64,000 bases of DNA, taken from IMG/VR virus record IMGVR_UViG_2706794911_000004, positions 44,422 to 108,421 of that record; one strand, written 5' to 3'. Every line of letters starts with the position of its first letter. Position 1 is the stretch's first letter. Below, piece by piece: positions 9,247-19,893 of the stretch. The position numbers were made by a program, and so were the translations under genes. Source of the stretch: a virus. Its lineage: Duplodnaviria; Caudoviricetes. Below the pieces are notes generated by a model. That model saw only the letters and a program-made list of their open reading frames with translations. It ran no database searches and had not been told where the DNA came from.

Positions 9247-12200
9247 CTATTGATTAATCGGGTAGTAATTATAACCCATGTTCTGCTGAACATTCCTAGC
9301 TAAATCATTGGCTATATTTCTCTGTACCATTGATACACCATCCTCTACAGCTCTCTGCACTCTTTTTACATCTTCTTCGCTACCTGACATGTTGTCTATA
9401 TTTATATTCACTAGCGTTTCACCGGATTGAACGCTCACATTCCTGTGTGTGTTTCCTCTTGTCATTGCTTCATAATAGGTTATAGGCTCCATGCCCGATG
9501 GTAAGTTAAATGTAGATAGTTGACCTTTGAGTTTCTCATCAATCTCAACAAGCAACCTTGTTTGTTCAGCCTGTAGCTGTAGAATCTGTAGGTTGATCTT
9601 CTCAAGTTGCTCTGGGTTGTCTAGAAATGACTGCTTCAAGTTTTCTAGTTTTGATATAGCTGTGCTAGTTATACCTGCTTGTTCTTTCGCCATCCTCGCT
9701 TCCAGTTGTAGACTTGCTGTTGAACCTGACCTTACCCCCGCTAGTATAGCATTGTTACGCTTAATTTCACCCCTAGCTTGAGCAAATGATGTTTCTACAC
9801 CATGTTTCCGCATATACTCATCGAATGCCCCAAACTGGTTTTGCACGGTCTGATACTCAACCTCACCCAGCTTAGATTCTAGCTCAAGTATTTTCAGACT
9901 CATTTCAGTTTCTTGTAAACTACCGGGCACCAGTAATTTGATCTTTTCATTTAGTTCATTTAAAGTACCTGCTATTAACTCTGTCTCTAAGTCCAGCTTC
10001 CTCTTTAGCATGTTACGTATCTCGGCAGAATCCTCAGCCATACCTTTAGCAAGTAACTTATACCTCTCCCTGTTAAACTCATAATCAGCTTTAGACATTT
10101 CATTCTGTAGCTCACTTATTACATGATTCAGGAACTCCGTAATATCCTCCAAAGGTATCTGTGCTAATCTAGGGTCCCCCGCCTCAAGTACATTACCCTT
10201 CCTATCCGTGAAAGGGTCTATGACCTTCAAGTACTCTTCTTGCATCTCCATCTTAGCCTTACGACTGATAGTTGTGGGGTCAAGTCCTTTCTTACCTAAC
10301 TCATCTAATATATACTCCTCTAGTGCTTCGTCTGTTAGACCCATCCGCTTACCGTCGAAAACTGCATCACGAGCCTCTGAAACTTCTGTCGGCGCACCTG
10401 TTAGCTTGCCTAGGTAATACTTAGTATCGCCGTAAAACTCACCTATATCCACACCACTGATAGTTTGAAGTAGGCTAAGTGGATTATACCAGCTTCTCTC
10501 GCTTCTGCTGACACTCTTACTAATATACTTCTCTGTTTTGCCAGCTATTAGACTGTCTATCTCAAAGTTTTTCATGCCTCTTGCCGCCACAGCTTCCATT
10601 CCTACACCAACCAAGTCGAAAGCTGCCATCATTAAGGCTAACTTAGGTATAGCCTTGACTAGAGACATTAAAGCAAATCCCGCTGTACCAGCATTATCTA
10701 AAGGTAGCTGCTTATCTAGTAAGCCTAGTCCGCTCTCCATGTTAGTGTTCAATGGTTTACCTGTCACAGTGTTTTTTCCAAAAGCGTTTCTAGTAGCATT
10801 ATCCAACCCCGCTGCATATGTGTTAGCATCTATGTTTCCCTGTCTTAACTGCCTATTTAACGACTCTACATTAACTTGTAGCTTGTTTATGCCCTCACCA
10901 CTTACACCAGCACTTTCCCCGAGTAACCTGATCTCTTCCCTAAACTGCTCATTGGTTATTTTACCTTGGTTTAGCTGCCCAGACAATTCATCTATTGGTG
11001 TCATATAGCGTTTTTCAAATTCGTCTAGAGCAAAATCCTCTGTCCTAGGTGTACTTGCTAGTCTATTAAAACCGTAACCTAGTGACTCTTTTTCGGCAAG
11101 GAGCTGGTGCATACTTTTGTTTAATCCTTGTATATTTTTCTCCGTCGCCGCCGCCTGCTCGCCTAACCCCTTCAGTGCATTCTCTGGTACACTTTCCATT
11201 TTAGTATATATAGCGTTGAGCTTAGTGCTCTCCGCTACTAGTTGCGACGATGTTCTGTTTATCTCTTCATTGAGTATTGCATCACCTACACCACGTTCAC
11301 CAGCCAAAGCACTTCGTTTTCTTGCTTCGTCGTCTAGTGTAAACCCTGACCCTAAGTGAGCAAGAGACACTTCATTTTCCCTACGCCGCAAAAGTAGCCT
11401 AGACTGTTGAGATGCTACAGCCTGCTCCTGCTTTGCTAGCATTTCCCTCTCTGCAACTATTCTCTGATACTCATGCGTGTCACCAAGACCATTTGTGCTT
11501 AGCTCTGCTTCTCTAACACCAAGTGCAGTATACTCTTTGTTGTAGTAATTTCTACGGACTTCTAGATCACGAACATCTTGTTCAATGCTAGTGTTTTCAT
11601 TAGTGAGGTGTTGCATGTAGGGTAAGTTTTTTTCATATATTTCTTTCTTATACTTCACATTCATGGCATTTTTAAACTTACCCCGAGCTACTTGGGCTAC
11701 TAACGCCGCCCCAACTTTTGCAAAAGTTCTTATCACCTCTGCCGCTTCGTGTCCATTCTCCTCAAATTTTCTTAAAATAGCAGTCAGATAAGTTGAGGCA
11801 TTACTGAAATCGCTTTTTAAGTCACTGAATATTTCAAAAGAAGTTATCTCCCACTGACTCTGTAACCCTTGCGTGGTAAGTTTAAATGTATCCTGAAGCC
11901 CTGCTATATACCCAGATATTTCTTCGTCTGTAACACTCATTATATTATCTACGTATGCCTCTAAAGTCTCTTTAAAAGAGAAATCAGCAACTGTTTTAGT
12001 AGGGTCTAGTGCACCTGTAGCCTGTAATCTTTCCACAGTAAGGTTTAAATCCTCTTGCATATCCTCTATCATTGTAGACAATGCCTCTGCTGTGGCACCG
12101 TGTCTCCTAGGGAACATATCTTGCATTAAGCTTAGCCTAGAAGGGTCGTCTATTCTTCTAGTTGTCTCTACTATGTCTGAGAACACTTCTAAGAAGTCTT

Positions 12201-14715
12201 TCTGCTTCTTAACCCCGTCCTCCATATAGTATGGGTTTAGATTTTCAAACCCTTTGACACCTGAAAGATTTTCTAGCTGTGACAACTCGTCACCTGTAAA
12301 GGGTCTTTGTAGTATTGCTCTCCAGAAAGTTCCACCCTCCTTACCTGTTCTACCTGTTGATTGTACAAATAGTGAGGATAAAGCCATTGATGTAGCATAT
12401 GCTCTTTCATCATCCATGCCTGGTAAAACACCCCTAAAAGCCGCACCAGACAACTGTTGTGTTGAGATTAAATCCTTGACAGTAGTATTGGATAGCATAG
12501 CAGTTTTTAACATCATGTTACTGTATCTATCCATGTCATACATGCTGACTCCCCACTGCGCTGATATAGATTCAAGACCTTTTGCCGCTGTTTCTATACC
12601 TATGTCTTCCTCCGCAGCATATATTTTTGCAACTTCTCTAGTCATTGCTAGTGCTTCGTATGGGTCTGTAGCTCTACGTGATGCTATATGGTAAGCCCTA
12701 CCCATATCACTTAATGACCTTGTATATGCTTTAGATATTGCTTGTATGTGTTTGTCTACGCCGCCATTCATATACCTTTGTAGACTCTTCGATTCTGTTG
12801 TAACTCTGTCATCGAAATCTGTACCTGATGTAGAAAGTCCTGTTGAAACAGAATCCTCGTAGACTCTTTTAGTCGCCACACCACTCATGGTAGGGTCTTT
12901 TATTAAGATATTCTGTTTAGCTTTAGCCATCTCATAGTCATAATCTGACGTAGACCTAGCACCTGTATAAATAGCTCTGGTAGGGGCACCTATCACAGCA
13001 CCTGCTGTAATGTAACGCATAGTGTTCATTATAGAGCCTAAAAAACTTCTAGTACTTAAATCTGTACCGAACCTAGGTGTTGCTATACCCCTGCCACTAG
13101 TGACTGCACTACTGCCAAACGAACTTGTAGCACCTGCACCAATAGACTCGTATCCCCTAGGTACCGAAGGTCTAGCAAAAGACCTAGTAAAGTCCTGTGG
13201 TGGCTTGTACCCCAGGCTAACTGCATCTAGCTTAATACCCTTAATCTCTGCTGTTAGTGCATCAAACTGCTTCTTTATCATGGCTCTTGTTACCTTAACT
13301 ATGGTAGCTTGTAGCTTTTCCATTTCTTGCTTAGTATAACTTACAACGGACACGTCCGGTCCAACCTCTACTTTAGCTGTGGACTTTTTAAAATCTTCTA
13401 GATAGCTCTTTATACTTTTGTGAGTCAAATCCTGTATACTTTGCTGAATAACCTTTAAATTTTCTCTTAATACTACACTTTTAAACTCGCTACCTTCTAG
13501 TTTAGGGAAGGCTTGAGTAAACTCTCTTACACTAGCATCCATAGATGCAGCTATTGACTTCTTAACATCCTTGTGTAAATCCTTGGTCTTAACACTAAAC
13601 ATGTTAGGGTCAAAACTTGATAACTGCCCCGCCACCTCATTAGCTTTATTGGTAATGTGTTTATTAAGTGCTGTGTCTATCTTAGACGCCACTTTCTGCA
13701 CACCTTCGGAGGACATTTCTGACTGCGTTGCCTCTTTTAGAGTAGTGGCATACCTACCAACTATATCCTTCAATGCCTTATCTATAGGTACTTGTAGTGA
13801 TTTTGCCACCTGTTTTACTCTATTCTCGTCTACGTCTGCAAGCCCTACACCACTTTTTGTTAGTGTCTGCTCAACAGAAGTAACTACACTCTGTACAAGA
13901 GCGTTTATGTCAACCTTAGCCGCCACTGTGTAATCAACTGTAGTCTGTCTAAGTGCCTCAGCTATCCTTTCCTCCACCATACGCATTATATAATCAAGTT
14001 GCACTTGACCTATATTAATAGGTGTTGGCGTACCCATTTTAAGATTATTGGGGTCTGCTAGGTAGTTACCTATGTGAGCACCCAGTGATGTCATCACCTT
14101 CTGCATGTTTTCGTCTGAAATCTTCATAGGTGCCATCTGTCTTGGAACCATCTTACCTGTTTTATCTTTTGTGTAGAAGTCAAACAATTTATCGTCGTTT
14201 ATAAGCACATCCACATAATCTTTGAACTTATTCATAAACTGTCCTGTAACATTTCGCATATCAAACTCAGGCACTTTACCTGACTTACCTGTAAGTTTAA
14301 CGTTATCTAGCGACTTACTAACTACTTGTTTAAATAATTGTTTATTCTTAGTCCAGAAATTTTCAGGCATGTTTACTTCTAGTTTTTGGCTAACTTCGGC
14401 CCCGCCCTTGTCTACAAGAATAACATCTGCTTTATCAAGATACTTCATTATCTTGTTAGAGAGAGACTTACTAAAATTAGTGCTATCTAATGCAAGCGTA
14501 GAATCAGACAAGGATTGTAGCTGTTTCTTTAGCTGTTCAGTTCCCACATTACCTACGCTACCTAGTTCACGCTTAAACTCTCTGAGTAATTCAACTGTTG
14601 CGTAAGCACTAGTTGACAAGTTCTCAAAGTCCTTAGACATATCTGTAAACTTTTTCTGACCAGTAAGATTCATTTGTATTTGAGTTTTTAAAGAATGTGT
14701 TTTATCCCCTGCCAC
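9247..14715 (-). CDS. Tail tape measure protein
   Basis: About 1820 aa, helical, after the chaperones; QSTGRTGKEGGTFWRAIL is a TP901-type TMP core motif; GTG start at 14715 after GGAGG. Confidence 0.9.
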   Translation of the reverse strand: MAGDKTHSLKTQIQMNLTGQKKFTDMSKDFENLSTSAYATVELLREFKRELGSVGNVGTEQLKKQLQSLSDSTLALDSTNFSKSLSNKIMKYLDKADVILVDKGGAEVSQKLEVNMPENFWTKNKQLFKQVVSKSLDNVKLTGKSGKVPEFDMRNVTGQFMNKFKDYVDVLINDDKLFDFYTKDKTGKMVPRQMAPMKISDENMQKVMTSLGAHIGNYLADPNNLKMGTPTPINIGQVQLDYIMRMVEERIAEALRQTTVDYTVAAKVDINALVQSVVTSVEQTLTKSGVGLADVDENRVKQVAKSLQVPIDKALKDIVGRYATTLKEATQSEMSSEGVQKVASKIDTALNKHITNKANEVAGQLSSFDPNMFSVKTKDLHKDVKKSIAASMDASVREFTQAFPKLEGSEFKSVVLRENLKVIQQSIQDLTHKSIKSYLEDFKKSTAKVEVGPDVSVVSYTKQEMEKLQATIVKVTRAMIKKQFDALTAEIKGIKLDAVSLGYKPPQDFTRSFARPSVPRGYESIGAGATSSFGSSAVTSGRGIATPRFGTDLSTRSFLGSIMNTMRYITAGAVIGAPTRAIYTGARSTSDYDYEMAKAKQNILIKDPTMSGVATKRVYEDSVSTGLSTSGTDFDDRVTTESKSLQRYMNGGVDKHIQAISKAYTRSLSDMGRAYHIASRRATDPYEALAMTREVAKIYAAEEDIGIETAAKGLESISAQWGVSMYDMDRYSNMMLKTAMLSNTTVKDLISTQQLSGAAFRGVLPGMDDERAYATSMALSSLFVQSTGRTGKEGGTFWRAILQRPFTGDELSQLENLSGVKGFENLNPYYMEDGVKKQKDFLEVFSDIVETTRRIDDPSRLSLMQDMFPRRHGATAEALSTMIEDMQEDLNLTVERLQATGALDPTKTVADFSFKETLEAYVDNIMSVTDEEISGYIAGLQDTFKLTTQGLQSQWEITSFEIFSDLKSDFSNASTYLTAILRKFEENGHEAAEVIRTFAKVGAALVAQVARGKFKNAMNVKYKKEIYEKNLPYMQHLTNENTSIEQDVRDLEVRRNYYNKEYTALGVREAELSTNGLGDTHEYQRIVAEREMLAKQEQAVASQQSRLLLRRRENEVSLAHLGSGFTLDDEARKRSALAGERGVGDAILNEEINRTSSQLVAESTKLNAIYTKMESVPENALKGLGEQAAATEKNIQGLNKSMHQLLAEKESLGYGFNRLASTPRTEDFALDEFEKRYMTPIDELSGQLNQGKITNEQFREEIRLLGESAGVSGEGINKLQVNVESLNRQLRQGNIDANTYAAGLDNATRNAFGKNTVTGKPLNTNMESGLGLLDKQLPLDNAGTAGFALMSLVKAIPKLALMMAAFDLVGVGMEAVAARGMKNFEIDSLIAGKTEKYISKSVSRSERSWYNPLSLLQTISGVDIGEFYGDTKYYLGKLTGAPTEVSEARDAVFDGKRMGLTDEALEEYILDELGKKGLDPTTISRKAKMEMQEEYLKVIDPFTDRKGNVLEAGDPRLAQIPLEDITEFLNHVISELQNEMSKADYEFNRERYKLLAKGMAEDSAEIRNMLKRKLDLETELIAGTLNELNEKIKLLVPGSLQETEMSLKILELESKLGEVEYQTVQNQFGAFDEYMRKHGVETSFAQARGEIKRNNAILAGVRSGSTASLQLEARMAKEQAGITSTAISKLENLKQSFLDNPEQLEKINLQILQLQAEQTRLLVEIDEKLKGQLSTFNLPSGMEPITYYEAMTRGNTHRNVSVQSGETLVNINIDNMSGSEEDVKRVQRAVEDGVSMVQRNIANDLARNVQQNMGYNYYPINQ

Positions 14716-14771
14716 AATATCACCTCCAGTATGTAACAATAGCCCGCCCACCTAATAGTAGGCAGAGCAGG

Positions 14772-15074
14772 CTAAAATCCACCAAGAAAACTTTCTAGCA
14801 TTCTTATATCTTCTTCGGTAGCTACTTCATAACCACCTTCAGTAGTTGATTGGTCACTAGTACCATCAGACGCACCTTGTGCCCCGCCAAATAAGGACAT
14901 TGGGCCCATTCGGGTAGAGACTTCAAACTGTATGTGCTTGTTAGTTTGTTTCATTAACTCAGCTATCTGCGGCAGGGTATACTCCCATATCTTCCACTTG
15001 TCTAAGTTACAATACCTGTGGAGCCTAAAGAATATCTCACCCCAATGCAATGGTTTCTGCTCTTCAACATCCAC
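14772..15074 (-). CDS. Tail assembly chaperone, frameshift extension (gpT-like)
   Basis: In the -1 frame of the upstream gene through A_AAA_AAG; IWEYTLPQI motif. Confidence 0.8.
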   Translation of the reverse strand: MDVEEQKPLHWGEIFFRLHRYCNLDKWKIWEYTLPQIAELMKQTNKHIQFEVSTRMGPMSLFGGAQGASDGTSDQSTTEGGYEVATEEDIRMLESFLGGF

Positions 15075-15106
15075 TATACCTGTTTCGTTTTCCGCCCCAC
15101 CAACCT

Positions 15107-15541
15107 CTACTTTTTTGTTACTATACCGTTAATATTTAGTATTACCTCAACTATCTCTTGTGCAATAGCTAGGTCTACGTACTTGTCAAGATAATCAGCA
15201 TCCACATGCTGGTAGTTTCTAAATGCTATGAGAAGTAATTCATATAGATTATCTAAATCTGGATCATTTCCCTTCTCATCAGGGAGAAAGTTTGCCAATA
15301 TAACATCAAGATTAACTACTTTAACTAAACGCATAATACGCCTAGCATCCCCAAGTGTACTTGGATGTACACGGTAAAATTTACCATCACGCAGCCTTAT
15401 TTTTGCATCATCCTCAAAAAATATTGTCTCCATCCTATCAGCCTCTGCCTGTGTAAGTACTTCTTCCTTTACTTTTGCTACTGCTTCCTTGTTTATCTTC
15501 TCTGAATGCTCTTTCTCTAACTGTGCCTTAGTTTTTTCCAT
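15107..15541 (-). CDS. Tail assembly chaperone (gpG-like)
   Basis: Between tail tube and TMP; ends ACA AAA AAG TAG. Confidence 0.8.
   Translation of the reverse strand: MEKTKAQLEKEHSEKINKEAVAKVKEEVLTQAEADRMETIFFEDDAKIRLRDGKFYRVHPSTLGDARRIMRLVKVVNLDVILANFLPDEKGNDPDLDNLYELLLIAFRNYQHVDADYLDKYVDLAIAQEIVEVILNINGIVTKK
15110..15116 (-). other. -1 ribosomal frameshift slippery heptamer A AAA AAG
   Basis: The -1 frame is open (KKVEVGGAENETGIVDVEEQ) into 14772..15074. Confidence 0.85.
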
Positions 15542-15641
15542 TACATAAACCTCCCCGTTTATATCTCCCCTGTATTAAAATGGTAAGGGAATATAGGTCG
15601 GGGAGATGTTACCTATATCCTTAATCCTTACCAAAACTTAT

Positions 15642-16445
15642 CTAGTCGTTAAGCACACCACACGTGGTACCAGACCTGATGTCAGTGAATCGCTTGATAG
15701 TACCTAGTTTTTTACCTATTGTAGGCTGGATAACCTGCAACTCAACGGCAGAAGTACTTGCTGTAGCCCTCTGTGCGTCTATAGAGAAAGCACCCTTAGC
15801 TTGGCAAGTGTATAACTCTGTTTCAACTCCTTGGAAGGTACCATCCTTCTGCTGGAAGGAGCCATGGTGTATGATGTGTACAGGGAAAGGAACCTCGTCT
15901 GCCATAATGTCAGTCCATGTTGCATCTGTAACCTGTCGCTTGTATGCTACATACACTTGTTTACCTACTAAAGCAGATAGACCTGCTCCTGTTATCGCAG
16001 AGCCACCAACACCTGTAAAAGCACCTGCAATAACTAAGTTTGACTCAGCAGAACGTACTGAGATATCTACATCATTACCTGATACAATATGCTCAACGGC
16101 AATAGTAGGTGTACCAGAAACGTCCTCTACAGTGGCTAGCTCATTAAGCACCCATATGTTAGTAGTACCTTTCTCTAAAGTAGAACCCATCATTAAGGAT
16201 ACAGCGTTTAGGTCGAAACTGGCATCTGTACCTACTATCTCAATACCTTTTCTAGTAACTATGGTATCTATTGCAAACAAGCCGTCACCACCAAATATCT
16301 CGTCTACATCAACACTCATTGTAATACGTAAGTCCTGTAATGTACCTAGGGTTAGCAACTCCGGACTACCATCGGCACAGATTCGCTTAGCCAGCATTGT
16401 TCCGACACCTTTTATAATCATTTTTTTATTAGCCAAAAAATTCAA
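15642..16445 (-). CDS. Major tail (tube) protein
   Basis: 267 aa upstream of the chaperones/TMP; no sheath gene is seen. Confidence 0.75.
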   Translation of the reverse strand: MNFLANKKMIIKGVGTMLAKRICADGSPELLTLGTLQDLRITMSVDVDEIFGGDGLFAIDTIVTRKGIEIVGTDASFDLNAVSLMMGSTLEKGTTNIWVLNELATVEDVSGTPTIAVEHIVSGNDVDISVRSAESNLVIAGAFTGVGGSAITGAGLSALVGKQVYVAYKRQVTDATWTDIMADEVPFPVHIIHHGSFQQKDGTFQGVETELYTCQAKGAFSIDAQRATASTSAVELQVIQPTIGKKLGTIKRFTDIRSGTTCGVLND

Positions 16446-16466
16446 CTCCTTTCTGATTGTTACAAC

Positions 16467-16676
16467 TTACTTGCTATCTTTATACCAATCACCTTTCTCT
16501 GGGTTTGATATCACACCCGCCATAGCCAGGGTGGCTAGTAGAGCGTCTACTATAGTCTGGTAGCTTTCTGTGTCAAGTCCAATGGTTTCATATAAACCGT
16601 AGTTGCCTAACAATAAACCTACAAGTGAAAAGATAGAAACCCATAATCCATAATTACGATACTTCAATTTACTCAT
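16467..16676 (-). CDS. Holin
   Basis: KYRNYGLWVS...AGVISNP, two TM segments, next to the endolysin. Confidence 0.85.
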   Translation of the reverse strand: MSKLKYRNYGLWVSIFSLVGLLLGNYGLYETIGLDTESYQTIVDALLATLAMAGVISNPEKGDWYKDSK

Positions 16677-16765
16677 CCCCTTTCAAGTCTCTGTGTATCT
16701 TTGCCATGATTGTCATTGTCGTACACACAAGGCTAGCATCATCCATATTAGCCAGCCACCCATCA

Positions 16766-17404
16766 TTATTTTTTCACCTTCCTATCATAATCATATAGCA
16801 TTTGCCACACTTGTTCCCTTGTGACACTATCTTTCGGCTTAGTTCCATCACTTACGCCATTTTCCTTTACCCATGATTGTGCAAGTTTCGCCCAGTTTGA
16901 TACTTCATCCAGCACCTTCTCTGGTTCCTTAACTACACTCAATTTTAACAACTCCTTTTGAATATCCGCTGTAAACTGATCCCATCTAGGTAAAATTAAT
17001 CGTGGGCAATTTTTACTACTCCATGACTTATGTGTGCATACTTTGTCTACAGCCCACCCTCGTTCATACAGCATCTTGGCAATTAATTTTACTGCGTTAT
17101 CCCACACTACTTCCTGGTTCCCGCTCTCGCACAGCTCTATACCCAATGATGTACGGTTTCCGACTGCTTTACCTGCGTGATACGCAACTTCTGTGAGCGG
17201 TATGCACTCGATAGCCTCATTTTCATCTACCACTATATGGAAGGACGCATTTCTGATATTTTCGGTGTTAGTAAGCCAACCTCGTTCGTTTTTCGCAGTG
17301 GAGGATGTGTTAGCAGTATTGTGAACTGTTATAGAAGTAGGAACTAGGGTAGTTCCTGGTCTTTTCCCTTTGCTTATAGGGATATGGTCTACTGTATAGA
17401 TCAC
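16766..17404 (-). CDS. Endolysin, N-acetylmuramoyl-L-alanine amidase (Amidase_2) with SLH-like C-terminus
   Basis: ITVHNTAN, SFHIVVD, AYHAG, GIELCE, HKSWSSKNCP; C-terminal WAKLAQSW...DGTKPKDSVTREQ; GTG start at 17404 after GGAGG. Confidence 0.9.
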   Translation of the reverse strand: MIYTVDHIPISKGKRPGTTLVPTSITVHNTANTSSTAKNERGWLTNTENIRNASFHIVVDENEAIECIPLTEVAYHAGKAVGNRTSLGIELCESGNQEVVWDNAVKLIAKMLYERGWAVDKVCTHKSWSSKNCPRLILPRWDQFTADIQKELLKLSVVKEPEKVLDEVSNWAKLAQSWVKENGVSDGTKPKDSVTREQVWQMLYDYDRKVKK

Positions 17405-17679
17405 TATAAACCACCTCCAATCAAGAAGTATGACATACAGGCAGTTAGGAAGGTTGTTACAGCACAAGCTATAGCAGTAGTTACCACAGTATTCCACCGC
17501 TGCTCGGGTAATGACTGTAACTTAGTTACTTGTGCTTGTAGTTGTATCATGCTTTGTGACATTGACTCTACCGTAGTACGTACTACAGCAACATCTGTAC
17601 GTATGTCACTCAAGCTCTCCGCCTGCCTATACACTCTTTTTTCTAATTGCTCCACTCGATTTTCTAATCCTTCACTCAC
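17404..17679 (-). CDS. XhlA/BhlA-like holin accessory protein
   Basis: Coiled coil plus one C-terminal TM helix, upstream of the amidase. Confidence 0.65.
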   Translation of the reverse strand: MSEGLENRVEQLEKRVYRQAESLSDIRTDVAVVRTTVESMSQSMIQLQAQVTKLQSLPEQRWNTVVTTAIACAVTTFLTACMSYFLIGGGL

Positions 17680-17710
17680 TACGACCTCCCCCTCTAAAAT
17701 ATATTCAGCA

Positions 17711-17959
17711 TCATACTTTGATTTCGTTGCTGTTTGTTAAGACAGTTGGTCGAGTACTTGTATTAGTACTCGCAGTACTTAAATGGGGTCGGTCACTTCT
17801 GAAAAATAAATAGGTGATAGATACTACAGTCAGTGTAAAGGCTAGTGAAAAAGCAATTACAGCTATTATCACAGCCTCAGCAAGTCTTTGATTAGTCCTA
17901 TCTAATTTATCCAGAACATCTTTGTAAAGTTTTAAGTCGTTATCACCCACGACTACCAC
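17711..17959 (-). CDS. Small membrane protein in the lysis cassette
   Basis: Single TM segment. Confidence 0.5.
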   Translation of the reverse strand: MVVVGDNDLKLYKDVLDKLDRTNQRLAEAVIIAVIAFSLAFTLTVVSITYLFFRSDRPHLSTASTNTSTRPTVLTNSNEIKV

Positions 17960-17965
17960 CCCTCT

Positions 17966-18421
17966 CTAAACTGTGACAGAAAACTCTATGACAGTAGTGA
18001 AGCAGTACACATTATTCTGGTCTACGCTACTCTCATATGCAGTTAAAAATTTTGTTTCATAGCTCTCTAAACCACACATAATAGGAAACTTGTTATTGAA
18101 AAGCTCAACTAAAGAAGACGATATATTGTGTGCTAAGTCTACGTTATCTGTAGTATAAACATCGAACACAACTGGTGTAGAATAAACCAAATAGTTATCC
18201 GTATCTATCCGTCCCCCTGGTGGGGTATAGAAAGTAATCAAAGGGATATACTCAGTTAAATTCTGAGGCTTTGACCTTTTCTGAATCTTTCTTGCCTTAA
18301 GCAGGAGTAACTCCTCTTCGAGTAGACTACTATCTATCTGTAAATAGTTTAGTACAGCTTCTGAATTTGATAACATCCGATACACATTATTATATAAATT
18401 TGTTACTATCATGCCGCCCAC
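17966..18421 (-). CDS. Tail terminator-like protein
   Basis: Size and position; PLITFY...VFDVYT pattern. Confidence 0.6.
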   Translation of the reverse strand: MGGMIVTNLYNNVYRMLSNSEAVLNYLQIDSSLLEEELLLLKARKIQKRSKPQNLTEYIPLITFYTPPGGRIDTDNYLVYSTPVVFDVYTTDNVDLAHNISSSLVELFNNKFPIMCGLESYETKFLTAYESSVDQNNVYCFTTVIEFSVTV

Positions 18422-19279
18422 CTACACTTTCAAAGTATTGGTGTAAATGTAATCCGTAATATCTACGTCGTTTATATGCTTTAGGTAGATGTCTACAACC
18501 TGGTCCCTAACTTCTTCAACAGACTTCTCAAACCATCTATAGGCTTGCACATCCTCACCAATATATGTTCTAAAGTTAGACACCATCTCAGCATACTTAT
18601 CTGGAGCTATTTTGGTACCGTCTTTCTTACTTGGAGGGTCTGTGCCGCCAACCCCACCAATTGCAGAACCAGTCTCTCGGATATTTCCTCCAAAGTCTTT
18701 CCACTGACCATCTTTCTTGCTCCTACTCACAATAGAGGAACCTACACTAGCAATACGATAAGGGTTGGGATCACCAAGACTACGTGTAAAGCCATATTGA
18801 CTGTATAGGGAAGCATCTGAGTACTCCCCTGTACCTATCTCGTAGTACCACCCAATATGTGAGTCCTTAAAATTATTCTCCATTGCCTTTACCTGTGTTT
18901 CAAGCACATCATCTGACTTCCATTTAAGGTAGTCTACAGCTATGGAACTTGCTAGTGCAGCAGCTCTCTCCGCGTCAGATGTCTCTAGCCCGCCAGCCAG
19001 TTTAACAGTATTAAACTTAAGAGGTAGTGAGTTAACATTCCTTTTAATAACATCTTGAAGCAGATCCCTTATTTCCTTTGTAGCAGCTTTTAATGCTTGC
19101 CTAAGGTCATTTACGTATTTAACACTGTCGAACCTTAGTAACTGGTTGCCGTGTCTGGGTACTGCTTTAGTTGGTTTAAAATCTACATTGGCAGATCTAA
19201 AGTTGCTATAACTTTGTTTGGCACTACTTCTGTATCCGCTATACCCTCTCTTTGCTCCGCCCATACTTCTTATTGCCAC
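18422..19279 (-). CDS. Neck/tail completion protein (HK97 gp10-like position)
   Basis: YYEIGTG motif and synteny. Confidence 0.55.
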   Translation of the reverse strand: MAIRSMGGAKRGYSGYRSSAKQSYSNFRSANVDFKPTKAVPRHGNQLLRFDSVKYVNDLRQALKAATKEIRDLLQDVIKRNVNSLPLKFNTVKLAGGLETSDAERAAALASSIAVDYLKWKSDDVLETQVKAMENNFKDSHIGWYYEIGTGEYSDASLYSQYGFTRSLGDPNPYRIASVGSSIVSRSKKDGQWKDFGGNIRETGSAIGGVGGTDPPSKKDGTKIAPDKYAEMVSNFRTYIGEDVQAYRWFEKSVEEVRDQVVDIYLKHINDVDITDYIYTNTLKV

Positions 19280-19284
19280 TATAA

Positions 19285-19893
19285 TTACCTCGTTTCTGTA
19301 GACACTGTGATATGGCTAGTACCTAAAAATGTAGTGGTGTCAATACTAAGTAACTTAAACTCCTTGTAGCTGCCATTAATCTCGATACTAAGCCTATCTG
19401 TATTACCAAGCTCCAAATACGGAGCATGTACTTTATAGATCATTTCATAATGTTGTCCATGTTTCTTCTGCTCAAGCCCGCCACCGATAAACTCAATATA
19501 AACTTTGATATCACTGTACTTATCAACAGGACTCCTAGTAATATTACCCTTCGTATCTGCTGATTCAAATATTGTGAATACCTTCAGCTTGCTATTACAG
19601 GAGATCATCCTTGTGATAGTAGTAGCCAGAGCACCCTCTATTACTTCTGGGTAATTAGCCATTACGAGGTAGTGCTCAGATGTAACGTTGTTCCTAACAA
19701 TCATGCCATTTTTCACCTGTAACTCGGGAAAAAACTGACCCTGCCGGTGAGATTCAAGTGATATCTCACTAAAAAACTGTCTGGTAGCCTTACCCACCAA
19801 AGCTGTTGTACTGAAAAGCTCATTGTTACGCCCGTCAAATACTGTAACAGGTAAACCTTCATCTTCTATAATCTCACGTTTGGTTTCTAACAC
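19285..19893 (-). CDS. Head closure/stopper-like protein
   Basis: Synteny; beta-rich. Confidence 0.5.
   Translation of the reverse strand: MLETKREIIEDEGLPVTVFDGRNNELFSTTALVGKATRQFFSEISLESHRQGQFFPELQVKNGMIVRNNVTSEHYLVMANYPEVIEGALATTITRMISCNSKLKVFTIFESADTKGNITRSPVDKYSDIKVYIEFIGGGLEQKKHGQHYEMIYKVHAPYLELGNTDRLSIEINGSYKEFKLLSIDTTTFLGTSHITVSTETR

Noticed and set aside
9527-16563. Plus-strand ORFs over the tape measure and tail tube genes (e.g. 15664..16563)
   Set aside because: Antisense shadows of well-supported genes; no RBS or motifs
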